Notes under the pieces: model-generated | What the model saw: the letters and a program-made list of their open reading frames with translations, nothing else | What the model was told of the DNA's origin: nothing | The model's database searches: none | Program-made: the position numbers and the translations under genes | Source: Bacteroidota bacterium | Lineage (GTDB): Bacteria > Bacteroidota > Ignavibacteria > Ignavibacteriales > SURF-24 | Assembly: GCA_050258935.1 (NCBI GenBank) | Contig: JBLMZS010000042.1 | Coordinates: 12,778 to 76,777, forward strand | DNA: 64,000 bases | Direction: 5' to 3' | Shown: piece by piece, positions 17,600-27,086 of the stretch | Layout: every line of letters starts with the position of its first letter | Numbering within the stretch: the first letter of the stretch is position 1

Positions 17600-19897
17600 T
17601 TAGTAAATTGTTTTTATTATATCATATGCAGTCTGTATATTCATCATTTTTTCAGATTTTCTATTTTCGAACCGGTTTATTTTATCTCTCAGATCATCCC
17701 AGTCCAGGTTCTTATAGAGGATACATCCTTCCGGTCGGCTCACGCAGTCTGAACAGATTACTGCTTTACCCAGCCAGAGTGCCTCACGGATTGAAACGGA
17801 ATCTCCGTCAGTGGTTGTCGCCCTCAGAAAGCAATCCGTCATTTGTATTATATCAATGAAACTATGAGGAAACGTTATTATCTTTACATTTTCCGGAATA
17901 GCGATATTTTTTTTCCTAAGATATTCCATATATGTATTTGTAGGGTTTGAAATTATCAGGCACAAATCACTGAAGCCGCTGAAGATGTTAATCAACCCGC
18001 TAATTCCATAAATTTCATTTCTTCTGATATCGAGCTTTGCTTCAAAAGCATTGGTACAGAAAGACATTTTGTATTTTTGTATGTAACTGCTGAGTTCCTG
18101 CGAGCGTGTTTCCTGAAGTGAACAGTATTCGTTACCTCCCGGAGGTATAAATGCCGTTATCATTTTTATATTTCTGTTGAACCTCAGGGCCCGTTCCAGA
18201 CTTATTCTGTTCAGTACAAGTGTATGCGCAGATACTACAATGGCCGAATACATCAGTATGTTATCAATTATTTTTCTGTTGCCCAGCTCTCCGTGCACTG
18301 TCAGTATTATTCTTTTCCCAAGTGTGCGGTAAAATACACTCAGCAGAAATATTGCCATAGGATTTGATATATTCAGGTGTACTGTGTCAACTCCACGGGA
18401 AAAGTAGAAATAATCTTTCAGAGAATTATTCCTTGGGCTAAGGTGGCGGTGTACAATATTATCTTCCTTCAGCTGTCTGAGCAGTCTCATTACATGTATG
18501 CTTACGCCTCCGGTTGGTGGCGGTGTCTGTCCTATTATTAACAGTTTATTCCCGCGTCGTGCTGAAGAATGTTTTTCAGACTGTTTTTCCTGAATTTCAT
18601 TTATTACAAACTTTAATTTTCCGTTTTCCGTCAGTTTTACTTCATCGACATAGTTGATTTTATATCTGAAATTATTACCGAGCTTATTTTTAATTTCAGA
18701 AATTATTCCCTCCTCTTCTTCGTTTGAATAGCCAGCAGCCCTTACGATGTTAAATGCTGCAGCGCCTTTTTCCTTTTGCACTATTTGTGCTCTCTTCACA
18801 TTCACTGCTTTCTTGAAGAAGAATCCCGATCCGCCGACTTTTGTACCATCATCTAGGTAGAGATAGTCCTGCTGCCGGCCCAGTATTTCCTTTACAGTCC
18901 TTGACTTTCTGCCGCAGGGACATTGTTTAGGATGCTCGAATAATCTGACTGTATCACCGGTATCATACCTGACAAGCGGGAATGCTTCGTTGTGATACGA
19001 AGACCCGACTATTCTGTATACGTCCTTTAACTCCGGGTCCTCCATGAATTCGACAAATGAAAAGGATTCATCCACATGGAGGCTGCCTTTTTCGCATTCA
19101 TAGATGCTTGCCACACCTTCCGTCAGACCATAGAGCTGCCGGACCTGACAGCCGAAGGTTTCTTCTATTATAGTCTTTTGGTAATTATACAGAGTTTCGC
19201 TGCTGGTGGTAATTATCTTCAGGTTCAGTTTTTTTGCCAGTTCGCCAAGACCGTTTTCTCTTATCAGAAAAGACATATAATTCAGAGTAGAAGGAAATCC
19301 ATGCATCCAGTGCAGATCCTCAGCAATCATTTTTTCCAGATACTGGACAATTGTGTTTTCATTGAGATGAGATATTGAAAACAATACCTGAGCTGTAGCA
19401 TACGACTTGATCCAGTATGGAGGATTTTTCCTGTCCGGATTCAGAATATTTCTTCCTATCAGGTAAGCACACCAGGTATTGGTGGTCAGACCGTACATGT
19501 ACCTGAATTTCCAGTAAATTGCCCATTGATGATCTTCGAAGTTCCTGCTGACAGGATAAATAAAACCGCTGCCGGTCGTACCGCTGCTGTTATGGAATGA
19601 GCTGATCTTTTTTCTGTTTATTATCCTGTCAAAGTTTTCCTTTGCGATTTCCTTATTTATTACAGGAAGTGAATAGAAATCCGACTCATTTCTGATTTTA
19701 TAGTATTCAGATTCCTTTACAACCCCGGTAATCCTGACAATGTCGAGATTACAGTATTCAGCTTTTGAGAGTTTCAGATAATGCTCTATAAGCTGGTAGA
19801 ATTTCATCGAAAACCGGTTTCTCCTTATGTTAATTCCATAAAGATTTACGCTTATAAACTGAAACAGGTATGGGATTTTAAAATAACTTCTGTGCAT
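17600..19897 (-). CDS. Fusion protein: adenylate-forming enzyme (phenylacetate-CoA ligase/CapK/F390-synthetase-like) plus GT-B glycosyltransferase-like domain
   Basis: The N-half has SSGTTGSGFIYPVS, QLYGLTEG, VRYDTGDTVRL and GRQQDYLYLDDG. The C-half has KLLIIGQTPPPTGGVSIHVMRL...TTTDGDSVSIREALWLGKAVICSD. There is no stop at the junction. An alternative start is MKFYQLIEHY at 19807. Confidence 0.65.
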   Translation of the reverse strand: MHRSYFKIPYLFQFISVNLYGINIRRNRFSMKFYQLIEHYLKLSKAEYCNLDIVRITGVVKESEYYKIRNESDFYSLPVINKEIAKENFDRIINRKKISSFHNSSGTTGSGFIYPVSRNFEDHQWAIYWKFRYMYGLTTNTWCAYLIGRNILNPDRKNPPYWIKSYATAQVLFSISHLNENTIVQYLEKMIAEDLHWMHGFPSTLNYMSFLIRENGLGELAKKLNLKIITTSSETLYNYQKTIIEETFGCQVRQLYGLTEGVASIYECEKGSLHVDESFSFVEFMEDPELKDVYRIVGSSYHNEAFPLVRYDTGDTVRLFEHPKQCPCGRKSRTVKEILGRQQDYLYLDDGTKVGGSGFFFKKAVNVKRAQIVQKEKGAAAFNIVRAAGYSNEEEEGIISEIKNKLGNNFRYKINYVDEVKLTENGKLKFVINEIQEKQSEKHSSARRGNKLLIIGQTPPPTGGVSIHVMRLLRQLKEDNIVHRHLSPRNNSLKDYFYFSRGVDTVHLNISNPMAIFLLSVFYRTLGKRIILTVHGELGNRKIIDNILMYSAIVVSAHTLVLNRISLERALRFNRNIKMITAFIPPGGNEYCSLQETRSQELSSYIQKYKMSFCTNAFEAKLDIRRNEIYGISGLINIFSGFSDLCLIISNPTNTYMEYLRKKNIAIPENVKIITFPHSFIDIIQMTDCFLRATTTDGDSVSIREALWLGKAVICSDCVSRPEGCILYKNLDWDDLRDKINRFENRKSEKMMNIQTAYDIIKTIY

Positions 19898-19914
19898 TTT
19901 AATTTTCCCTTATG

Positions 19915-21045
19915 TTATGCTGCTATAGAATTTTCTGTGCTGTCCAATTCAGCTCCGTACACCACATCGCGGTAGAGCATCAGGTATCTGCTTGTACATT
20001 GTTCGATATCAAATTGAGGAATTTTCCTGACAGACATTTCCGAGTACTGTTTCCTGAGCACAGGATCGTCAATCAGCCTGAGAATTTTTTCTGCCAGTGA
20101 ATTCTTATCCTCTTTGACTGCAAGTTCCCCATTGACGCCATCACTTATTATTTCATGATTGCTTCCGACATCAGTGGCAACTATCGGGATTCCTGAAGCC
20201 ATCGCTTCGAGCAGTGCTATCGACAGTCCTTCCCAGCGCGATGACAGAACAAATATATCGTGCGATGCCAGAAGTTCCGGAATATCCTTTCTCACGCCCA
20301 TAAATTCAATATAACCGGTCATTCCGAGCTTTTGCGTCTCTTTTCTGAGTATCTTCTCCAAAGGTCCCGTGCCCACTATATCTAAGACTGGTACTCTTCT
20401 TCCATGCTTCAACAGTTCTTCGGCTACTATTGAATATGCATTAATAAGAGTTATATGATCTTTCTGGTGATTCAGTCTTCCTATGTTTAATATATGTTTT
20501 ACTTCCTTTCTGAAGTATCTGTGGCACCTGAATTTATCTGCATTGATTCCATTGAATATAAGAGTGACCCTGTCCTCAGGTAATTTTAGTATTCTCAGTA
20601 TTTCGTCTTTGCACTTTGTCGAAATAGCAACAAAGCGGTCCGCAGTACTTCTGGCAAGTATCTTCTGCAGCAGTGGATATTCTATTACGGTATTGTGAAT
20701 AGTCTGAACAAGTCCGAATTTCATCAGTAATCTTGCTGAGGCCACATAAAATGTTGCGAGTTCGGAATGTGTGTTAATTATATCCGGGTTTTTCTCTCTG
20801 ATAAGCCGGAATATCCTTTTTATAACCCAAAAACGCTGCTTTCCGGGCGTTTTGCCAATTATAGTGTAGCCGACATTCTTATTAAGCAGTTCGGCAATGA
20901 AATCAGTTTCAAACTGCGGATCCTCCGCCTTGCCGATTGCCCATACTTCAACTTTTGCCTCACCAGTACTTCTTATTGCCATATCTTTTATCAGTACCTC
21001 TGCTCCTCCTGGTCCGAATGAGGAAATAACATGAACGATTTTCAT
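19915..21045 (-). CDS. Glycosyltransferase family 4 (group 1)
   Basis: MKIVHVISSFGPGGAEVL N-terminus and the E-x7-E motif SRWEGLSIALLEAMASGIPIVATDVGS. Confidence 0.8.
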   Translation of the reverse strand: MKIVHVISSFGPGGAEVLIKDMAIRSTGEAKVEVWAIGKAEDPQFETDFIAELLNKNVGYTIIGKTPGKQRFWVIKRIFRLIREKNPDIINTHSELATFYVASARLLMKFGLVQTIHNTVIEYPLLQKILARSTADRFVAISTKCKDEILRILKLPEDRVTLIFNGINADKFRCHRYFRKEVKHILNIGRLNHQKDHITLINAYSIVAEELLKHGRRVPVLDIVGTGPLEKILRKETQKLGMTGYIEFMGVRKDIPELLASHDIFVLSSRWEGLSIALLEAMASGIPIVATDVGSNHEIISDGVNGELAVKEDKNSLAEKILRLIDDPVLRKQYSEMSVRKIPQFDIEQCTSRYLMLYRDVVYGAELDSTENSIAA

Positions 21046-21100
21046 TGATCCAACCTTTCCGAGTCTAAATATTTACTCTGCTCCAGTTCCAATGCTTATC

Positions 21101-22312
21101 CTAATATCTAAAATACTGCGCAAGCAGATTCTTTTCTTTTTCAATTCTCAGGTGTACATTCATCAGCATTGCCACGGAAAGCCAAAGGTATTTATCATAG
21201 AGAATCCCCAGTGTAAAGCCCATCATCAAAATTCCCATCACCGCAGCGTGTATCCAGAAGTATCTGGAATAATAAATATCCCTGAAGTTTTTGGCCGCCA
21301 GTATGATCAGAAATACTATGAATGCAGTAAATACTATTAGTCCGCTTTCTGCCAGTATTTTTACGTATATACTGTGCGGGGCTATGGCATCATCCGAAAT
21401 ATAGACTTTCGAATATTTTCTGGTATGTTCGCTAAATGAGTTCATTCCAACACCGGAAACCGGTTTGTCTGCGAACATATTGAACCCGGCTTTCCAGCTG
21501 TTGATCCGGAACAATGCAGTTCCTGTCTGTTTACTCCTGCCGACAAGGTTTTTAGTCATTTCCATGTTCTTTATATCTGAACTGAATAATGAGAACATAA
21601 TTACCACAGCAAGAACCAATGCAGCCCCGGCCACAGCCATCTTATTTACAGACAGTGCGCTTTTTCTTGCTGCAATCCATATCCCAAGTATTGCACAGAC
21701 AATAAACGAAGACAGAGATGCCGCATACAGAATTGAATTAACAAACAATGTTATGGACAAAATCATTATGGCAAACTTCAGCCAGCTAATTCTTATACTC
21801 TGTACCATATAGAACGATATCAGTATAAATAGAATCATCTGTGCTGCAAATTCATTTGGATCACCAGTTCCGCCGGTTCTTCTGAATGTCCACCTGCTGA
21901 TAGGAGCACTGAATGCAAGCAGAACCGCAGAAAATGACAGCGCGATCCAGATATATGCCGTCAGATAGTTAATGTCGTAATTGATGTAGTACAGTACAAT
22001 GACAATCATGGAAACCAGCAGCATCATATTTTCTAGAAGTGCACTAAACCCGCCTTCTGCCGGATTCACAAGCATCATTATATAATTCATCGCGAAGAAT
22101 ATGTAAAACGGGATCAGATACTTCAGGTTTCTGATTGTAACCAGGTTTTTCCAAATATCATATAAATGGAATACGATGAAAAACGCTGTAATTATTTTCA
22201 GTGAATTCGCACCCAGGATTTCAACAGTAAAGTTGTCATTGAAAATACTGAAGACAAATATAAAATTTGTACATTCTGTTATAATGCGCATTATCTTACC
22301 AGCTGATAGCAT
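21101..22312 (-). CDS. O-antigen polymerase/ligase-family membrane protein (Wzy-like)
   Basis: 403 aa with about 10 TM segments. The loop RINSWKAGFNMFADKPVSGVGMNSF resembles the Wzy_C / O-antigen ligase signature. Confidence 0.6.
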   Translation of the reverse strand: MLSAGKIMRIITECTNFIFVFSIFNDNFTVEILGANSLKIITAFFIVFHLYDIWKNLVTIRNLKYLIPFYIFFAMNYIMMLVNPAEGGFSALLENMMLLVSMIVIVLYYINYDINYLTAYIWIALSFSAVLLAFSAPISRWTFRRTGGTGDPNEFAAQMILFILISFYMVQSIRISWLKFAIMILSITLFVNSILYAASLSSFIVCAILGIWIAARKSALSVNKMAVAGAALVLAVVIMFSLFSSDIKNMEMTKNLVGRSKQTGTALFRINSWKAGFNMFADKPVSGVGMNSFSEHTRKYSKVYISDDAIAPHSIYVKILAESGLIVFTAFIVFLIILAAKNFRDIYYSRYFWIHAAVMGILMMGFTLGILYDKYLWLSVAMLMNVHLRIEKEKNLLAQYFRY

Positions 22313-23633
22313 CTCTGATCTTCTTCCTTACAAATATCGAAAACAAATACTCTATGCCGGCAATTGAAATATTTACAAGCGCAAACCCAAGTATTAGATT
22401 ATACTGCAGTACAGTATTGCAGAGAACTATAACAATAATAAGTCGCATAAGATTTATAATAAACTCTGTACGATTATAATTCATGGTCTTTGATAACAGA
22501 GTTATCATTCCGCAGTAGAAAAGCAGGAAATTGGATTCAAACAGTATAAATGAAAACATAACACTGTTATTGCTAAGGTATTCCGGTTTAATAAACAGCA
22601 CAATAAGAGAAAGAATTAAAGATACTACGATTGAACCTGTAACAAATATTACCTTCATTCTTTCCAGTTTGGTCAGATATTTCCTTATACGTGATTCTTC
22701 GTTAATATTGAGCCGCGCCAGGAAATAATTCCTGAACGAAGAATAAAACACCAGAATTATTCCAATAAAGGTCATAGCATATCCCATATCTGCAACAGCC
22801 TGTTCGTTCTTTCCTGTCAGGTAGAGAATGACGTATCTTGCCGTATACAGATACAGCACTCCAGATATATGAATTGTAAATGAATAACTGATGAAACTAA
22901 AGAACTTTTCTGAAGTTAATGAATAGGTCTCTTTCGCCCCGGTTCTATGCTGCCGTGCAGACGAAAGAATAATGGACAAGTTGATATATATAAGGTGAAC
23001 CAATGATGGAATAAGAGGCAGAAACAATGTCGAAATAAAAATTGAATATATATCATTCTGCCCCAGGGAATAATGGTATATAACTGCGGCAACACGCAAT
23101 ATGAGAATAATTATAGAGTGAGTAAACAGAATATTAAGCTTGCCAGTTGCCAGCAGCCAGCTTTTCAAATACATCCATGACAGTTGCGCTATTATAAGCA
23201 GGAAGAATATTTCCGCACTAACGCCTACATTTTTCAATCCGAATATATTATTCAGCTGCATGGGAAATATATGCGCAGAAACTGCCAGAATCACGAAAAC
23301 AAGCATCTGCAATACACTGTTATAATACTTGACCGAATTATCCAGCTGATAGAACCGAACAAAGCTAGTGGAGAAGCTCAGTTCAAACAAGGATGTAAGT
23401 ATAAGCAGCAGCTGCATTCCTGAAGAATATGCTGCCATCAGAGTGGTGGTAAGAATATACGGAATAAGGAAACTTACCACATAGGCAGACGAGCTATATA
23501 TAAGATTCGACACGAGAAATGATATAGTTTCGGGGACGAATCCTCCCCGGCGGTCTGAAGCTGTAAAGGCATTTGGTCTGAACGGCAGTGTAATTATTCC
23601 CGGCAGACTATATTTCATAAATATTTTCTGCAT
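22296..23633 (-). CDS. Polytopic membrane protein, putative Wzx-like oligosaccharide flippase
   Basis: 445 aa, very hydrophobic with about 12 predicted TM segments. It sits between the Wzc-like and Wzy-like genes and overlaps both neighbours (1 nt and 17 nt). The assignment rests on position and topology, not on motifs. Confidence 0.4.
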   Translation of the reverse strand: MQKIFMKYSLPGIITLPFRPNAFTASDRRGGFVPETISFLVSNLIYSSSAYVVSFLIPYILTTTLMAAYSSGMQLLLILTSLFELSFSTSFVRFYQLDNSVKYYNSVLQMLVFVILAVSAHIFPMQLNNIFGLKNVGVSAEIFFLLIIAQLSWMYLKSWLLATGKLNILFTHSIIILILRVAAVIYHYSLGQNDIYSIFISTLFLPLIPSLVHLIYINLSIILSSARQHRTGAKETYSLTSEKFFSFISYSFTIHISGVLYLYTARYVILYLTGKNEQAVADMGYAMTFIGIILVFYSSFRNYFLARLNINEESRIRKYLTKLERMKVIFVTGSIVVSLILSLIVLFIKPEYLSNNSVMFSFILFESNFLLFYCGMITLLSKTMNYNRTEFIINLMRLIIVIVLCNTVLQYNLILGFALVNISIAGIEYLFSIFVRKKIRDAISW

Positions 23634-25921
23634 TACACTTTTTTCTTTCTCAAATACTTTTTCTTCTCCGGTTCTTCATTATATGCGTTATAGCCATACT
23701 GCTTCCCATATGAAAACGGTGCATCTGCAGGGTCGAATTCATTCAGAACTACCCCACCTGCATGCACTCCGACATGTTCCAGTTGTGACTGTGCTGCTCT
23801 TATTTCGCTGACGTTTGTTACGCCGGCCCGGGCTACAAGTATTACTTCGTCTACACACCTGGCAAGATGAATTGCGTCAGTAATCGGATTCAGCGGAGGT
23901 GCATCATAAACAATAAAATCATATTGCTGATTCTGACTTTCAATGAAGTTCTGCATTTTTCCCGATGAAAGTGCTAGCGATGTATTTATTATTCTGCGTC
24001 CGCAGGTTATAACATCCAGTCCCTTTACATTTGCAGGCTGAATGATTTCATAAATTTCGTTGCTTTCCAGAAGATAGTCTGTCAGGCCCGGCGTAATTGG
24101 TTTTTTAAAGAATTTGTGTACTACCGGCCGTCTGAGATCTGTATCTACGAGTAATACATTTTTTTCCAGATTGGCGAGTGTAATTGCCAGGTTTATTGCA
24201 GTTGCACTTTTCCCGGCCCCAGGAGCAGCACTGGTAATGAGAATTGTTTTCCTTTTATTGTTAACATTATTATAAATGATATTAACTCCAAGACGCAGAA
24301 ATGCTTCATAAATTTCCGATCGCGGGTCGCCTGCAACAACTAGTTCGGTACTACCAAGTCCGCTGCCAGCTGATAACCTCATGACCTGCTGTTTTTCCAG
24401 TTTCAGTCGTGGTATAGTAGACAAAAGTCTAAGTCCCATACCGTCTATATCCTCAGGAGAATGCACCCGGTTATTAATACCGTTTAATACAAATGCAGTT
24501 ATGAGTCCCAGACTAATACCGCTCAGCAGTGCAAGCAGAAGGTTCAGTTTTACATCTGGGCTTACCGGTTCAAGAGGAACCGATGCCTTGTCCAGGATAT
24601 CTATCTGTCCGAAAGTCGAGAGCTCATTTAATCTTGCTTCCTCGTATCTCTTTCCGATATCCATAGAGATACTCTCTGTAAACTGCCTGTCACGCTGTAG
24701 CTTGGCTAGTGTAATGCTTTGTTTAGGTAGTCTGTGCAGTCTCGCACTGTATTTTACAAGATTGTCATACAGTGCATTTTTACTTATCTCCAGAGATTCG
24801 ACCTTCAGTTTTAACCGCTGTATTTCGCCGGAAAGAAATGTTATGTCGTTAACTCCCGAGTTATTATTACCCGCAATAGAGTATCCGTCAATAGAGTTAT
24901 CTATATATTTTTTTGTTCTTTCCTGAAGTATATTTTTAAGTGAATCAATCGATTTATTAGTTCGTGCAAATTCCTTCTGGACAGCAGGGCTCTGGTTTCC
25001 GCCGACGACTTTTGAAATATCTTTCTCGGCTTCTTTCCTGGCTATTGTTTTCTGGAGCTCCTGTATATAGATATCATCAACATCAATGAGTTTCTTCGTA
25101 AAATTCGGGCCCATCCTTTTTAGTTCTTTCTGATAACTATCCAGGAGATGTGCCGATTTCTGGTACTCCATTTCATTTGACTCCAGTTCGGACTCAATAC
25201 TTGCTATACGTTGTGCAAGTAATGCCCCGTCAGTCTGCGGTTCAGGAGTCTCAGAACCCTGCATGTAGTTCTGGAGTGCCGAGTCTGTCTGTCCAAGCTG
25301 GGCGGTTTTATTTCTCACCTGTGTTTCCAGAAATTTTCTCAATTCGGATGCATCCGCTCTGCTTCTCTGAAGGTCACGATCATGGTATGTATCTACGAAA
25401 ATATTTGTTATAATTGCTGCTTCAACCGGGTCAGTACTCCTGAATAATATTTTTATTATGCTCGTCTCCTTATTCATTTGCAGAGACATAGAATTTTTAA
25501 GTTCTTTTATTATCCCTTCTGTAAGCAGGTTGTCAGTGATATGCAGATTACTTCTCAGCATTCCTGCATTTCTGATTATCTCCATTGTGTCTTTGTTTGC
25601 CGAAGAGTCAGCATATGTACGCCGCAGTATTTTCTCAGATACCAGCTGAAGCAAATCCCGTGAGTTCAGAATTTCATACTGGTTTTGAAGATTATTCAGC
25701 TTGTCCTCCGGTGTTTTGGCACTGGCCCCAAACTTGGCAGAATTATCCTTTACAATTACTGAAGCATATGCTTCATATGTTTTCTTCTGTGTAAATGTAT
25801 ATATTGCAACAATACTGAATATGACCAAAACAATAGTAAGAATGGTCCATTTCTGTCTTACCAAGATCTCAAGTATGTGTAGAACACTAATAGGCTTATC
25901 ATTTATCCTGCTGTCGTTCAT
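23633..25921 (-). CDS. Polysaccharide co-polymerase / tyrosine autokinase (Wzc/GumC-like)
   Basis: N-terminal Wzz-like TM and periplasmic coiled-coil region. C-terminal kinase with Walker A SAAPGAGKSATAINLA, Walker A' LVDTDLRRP, Walker B DFIVYDAPP, and a Tyr-rich tail YGKQYGYNAYNEE. Confidence 0.8.
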   Translation of the reverse strand: MNDSRINDKPISVLHILEILVRQKWTILTIVLVIFSIVAIYTFTQKKTYEAYASVIVKDNSAKFGASAKTPEDKLNNLQNQYEILNSRDLLQLVSEKILRRTYADSSANKDTMEIIRNAGMLRSNLHITDNLLTEGIIKELKNSMSLQMNKETSIIKILFRSTDPVEAAIITNIFVDTYHDRDLQRSRADASELRKFLETQVRNKTAQLGQTDSALQNYMQGSETPEPQTDGALLAQRIASIESELESNEMEYQKSAHLLDSYQKELKRMGPNFTKKLIDVDDIYIQELQKTIARKEAEKDISKVVGGNQSPAVQKEFARTNKSIDSLKNILQERTKKYIDNSIDGYSIAGNNNSGVNDITFLSGEIQRLKLKVESLEISKNALYDNLVKYSARLHRLPKQSITLAKLQRDRQFTESISMDIGKRYEEARLNELSTFGQIDILDKASVPLEPVSPDVKLNLLLALLSGISLGLITAFVLNGINNRVHSPEDIDGMGLRLLSTIPRLKLEKQQVMRLSAGSGLGSTELVVAGDPRSEIYEAFLRLGVNIIYNNVNNKRKTILITSAAPGAGKSATAINLAITLANLEKNVLLVDTDLRRPVVHKFFKKPITPGLTDYLLESNEIYEIIQPANVKGLDVITCGRRIINTSLALSSGKMQNFIESQNQQYDFIVYDAPPLNPITDAIHLARCVDEVILVARAGVTNVSEIRAAQSQLEHVGVHAGGVVLNEFDPADAPFSYGKQYGYNAYNEEPEKKKYLRKKKV

Positions 25922-26329
25922 ATTTGTTTTACTATCCTTTCTCAGCTACATATTGCTGACGCATCTACTTTAAATATTTCTTATTTGAGAAATTATTCCA
26001 TGCTAATATTTTGCTCTTTGAATAGGTACAATTATATATCATGTGATTCCCCCTGTATTTACAGCGCTGAAAGTTGTTAGAGGACATTCGGGCTTCACAC
26101 TATGCTGACATAAATCTGTCGGGATATGAACTGAAGACAATGATGTGAGGGATGGTTTGAAGTAACATTCGTATAGATTATATTTGGACCTTAACCCCTG
26201 CAGGGATTGAGATAAGAATACCAGAAAAACGGCTTATGTATTATTCTTTAATGTATATGGTGCGAAAGATGTCAACTGAATATTATCAGTATTGCAGCTT
26301 TGACCTGTGCAGGGGCAAAGGAATGTTAA

Positions 26330-26348
26330 TGCAGTGCTCAGCACTGCA
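26330..26348 (-). terminator. Candidate weak terminator hairpin after rsmE
   Basis: TGCAGTGC-tca-GCACTGCA, an 8-bp stem, starts 4 nt past the rsmE stop. The downstream tract on the minus strand (ttaacattccttt) is only moderately T-rich. Confidence 0.35.
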
Positions 26349-26351
26349 GAG

Positions 26352-27086
26352 CTAAATTCCGAGAGAAAGATATGAGGCGACACTGACTATTGCGGTTTCA
26401 CTTCTGAGCCTGTTATTAGTGAGCCGCAACTGATGCTCTTTTTTTACCTTACCGATTTCCTTATCAGTCAGTCCCCCTTCCGGTCCGAATATCAGATAGT
26501 AGTGATCGGATTTGTTAAACACGAATGAAGTGAGTTTTTCTTCCGCATTCTGTTCAAAGATAATGTGGTTACCGTTCAGGCTGATTATATCATCGATGGA
26601 TGAACGGTATTTTATATCCGGCAAATAACTTCTCAGCGATTGTTTCATGGCTGATAGAATCAGCTTTTCCCAACGCTCTTTCTTGTCTGTTTTCGAGACC
26701 GTGTTTTCCGAGTCATATACAATAATATCAGTGATGCCGAGCTCTGTAAGTTTTTCAAGTGCAAATTCGAAACGATCGGGATTTTTCAGACGGCATATAC
26801 AGAAAGTTATATTCCGTAAAGGATTATCGTAACTGATCCGTTCTTTTATTTCGACAATGGCTCTATCCTTATCTGTCTCTGAAAGAACTGTACTGTATAT
26901 AGAACCATTCCCATCGGTTACGAATATTTCGTCTCCCGTCCTGTGACGCATAACTCTTGACAGATGATGGAATTCCTCGGTACTGATAACCAGCGCTGAG
27001 CTCTCTACGTCGACTGTGCCGTAGTATAATTCAGTATTAGAAAGAAAAACCGGTTCCAAAAATAAATTCTCCTTCATTTTTATCAT
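26352..27086 (-). CDS. rsmE: 16S rRNA (uracil1498-N3)-methyltransferase RsmE
   Basis: EEFHHLSRVMRHRTGDEIFVTDGNG (PUA-like N-domain) and the C-terminal SPOUT block LIFGPEGGLTDKEI...LRLTNNRLRSETA. The 5' end overlaps the upstream gene by about 40-50 nt, so the exact start is uncertain. Confidence 0.8.
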   Translation of the reverse strand: MIKMKENLFLEPVFLSNTELYYGTVDVESSALVISTEEFHHLSRVMRHRTGDEIFVTDGNGSIYSTVLSETDKDRAIVEIKERISYDNPLRNITFCICRLKNPDRFEFALEKLTELGITDIIVYDSENTVSKTDKKERWEKLILSAMKQSLRSYLPDIKYRSSIDDIISLNGNHIIFEQNAEEKLTSFVFNKSDHYYLIFGPEGGLTDKEIGKVKKEHQLRLTNNRLRSETAIVSVASYLSLGI

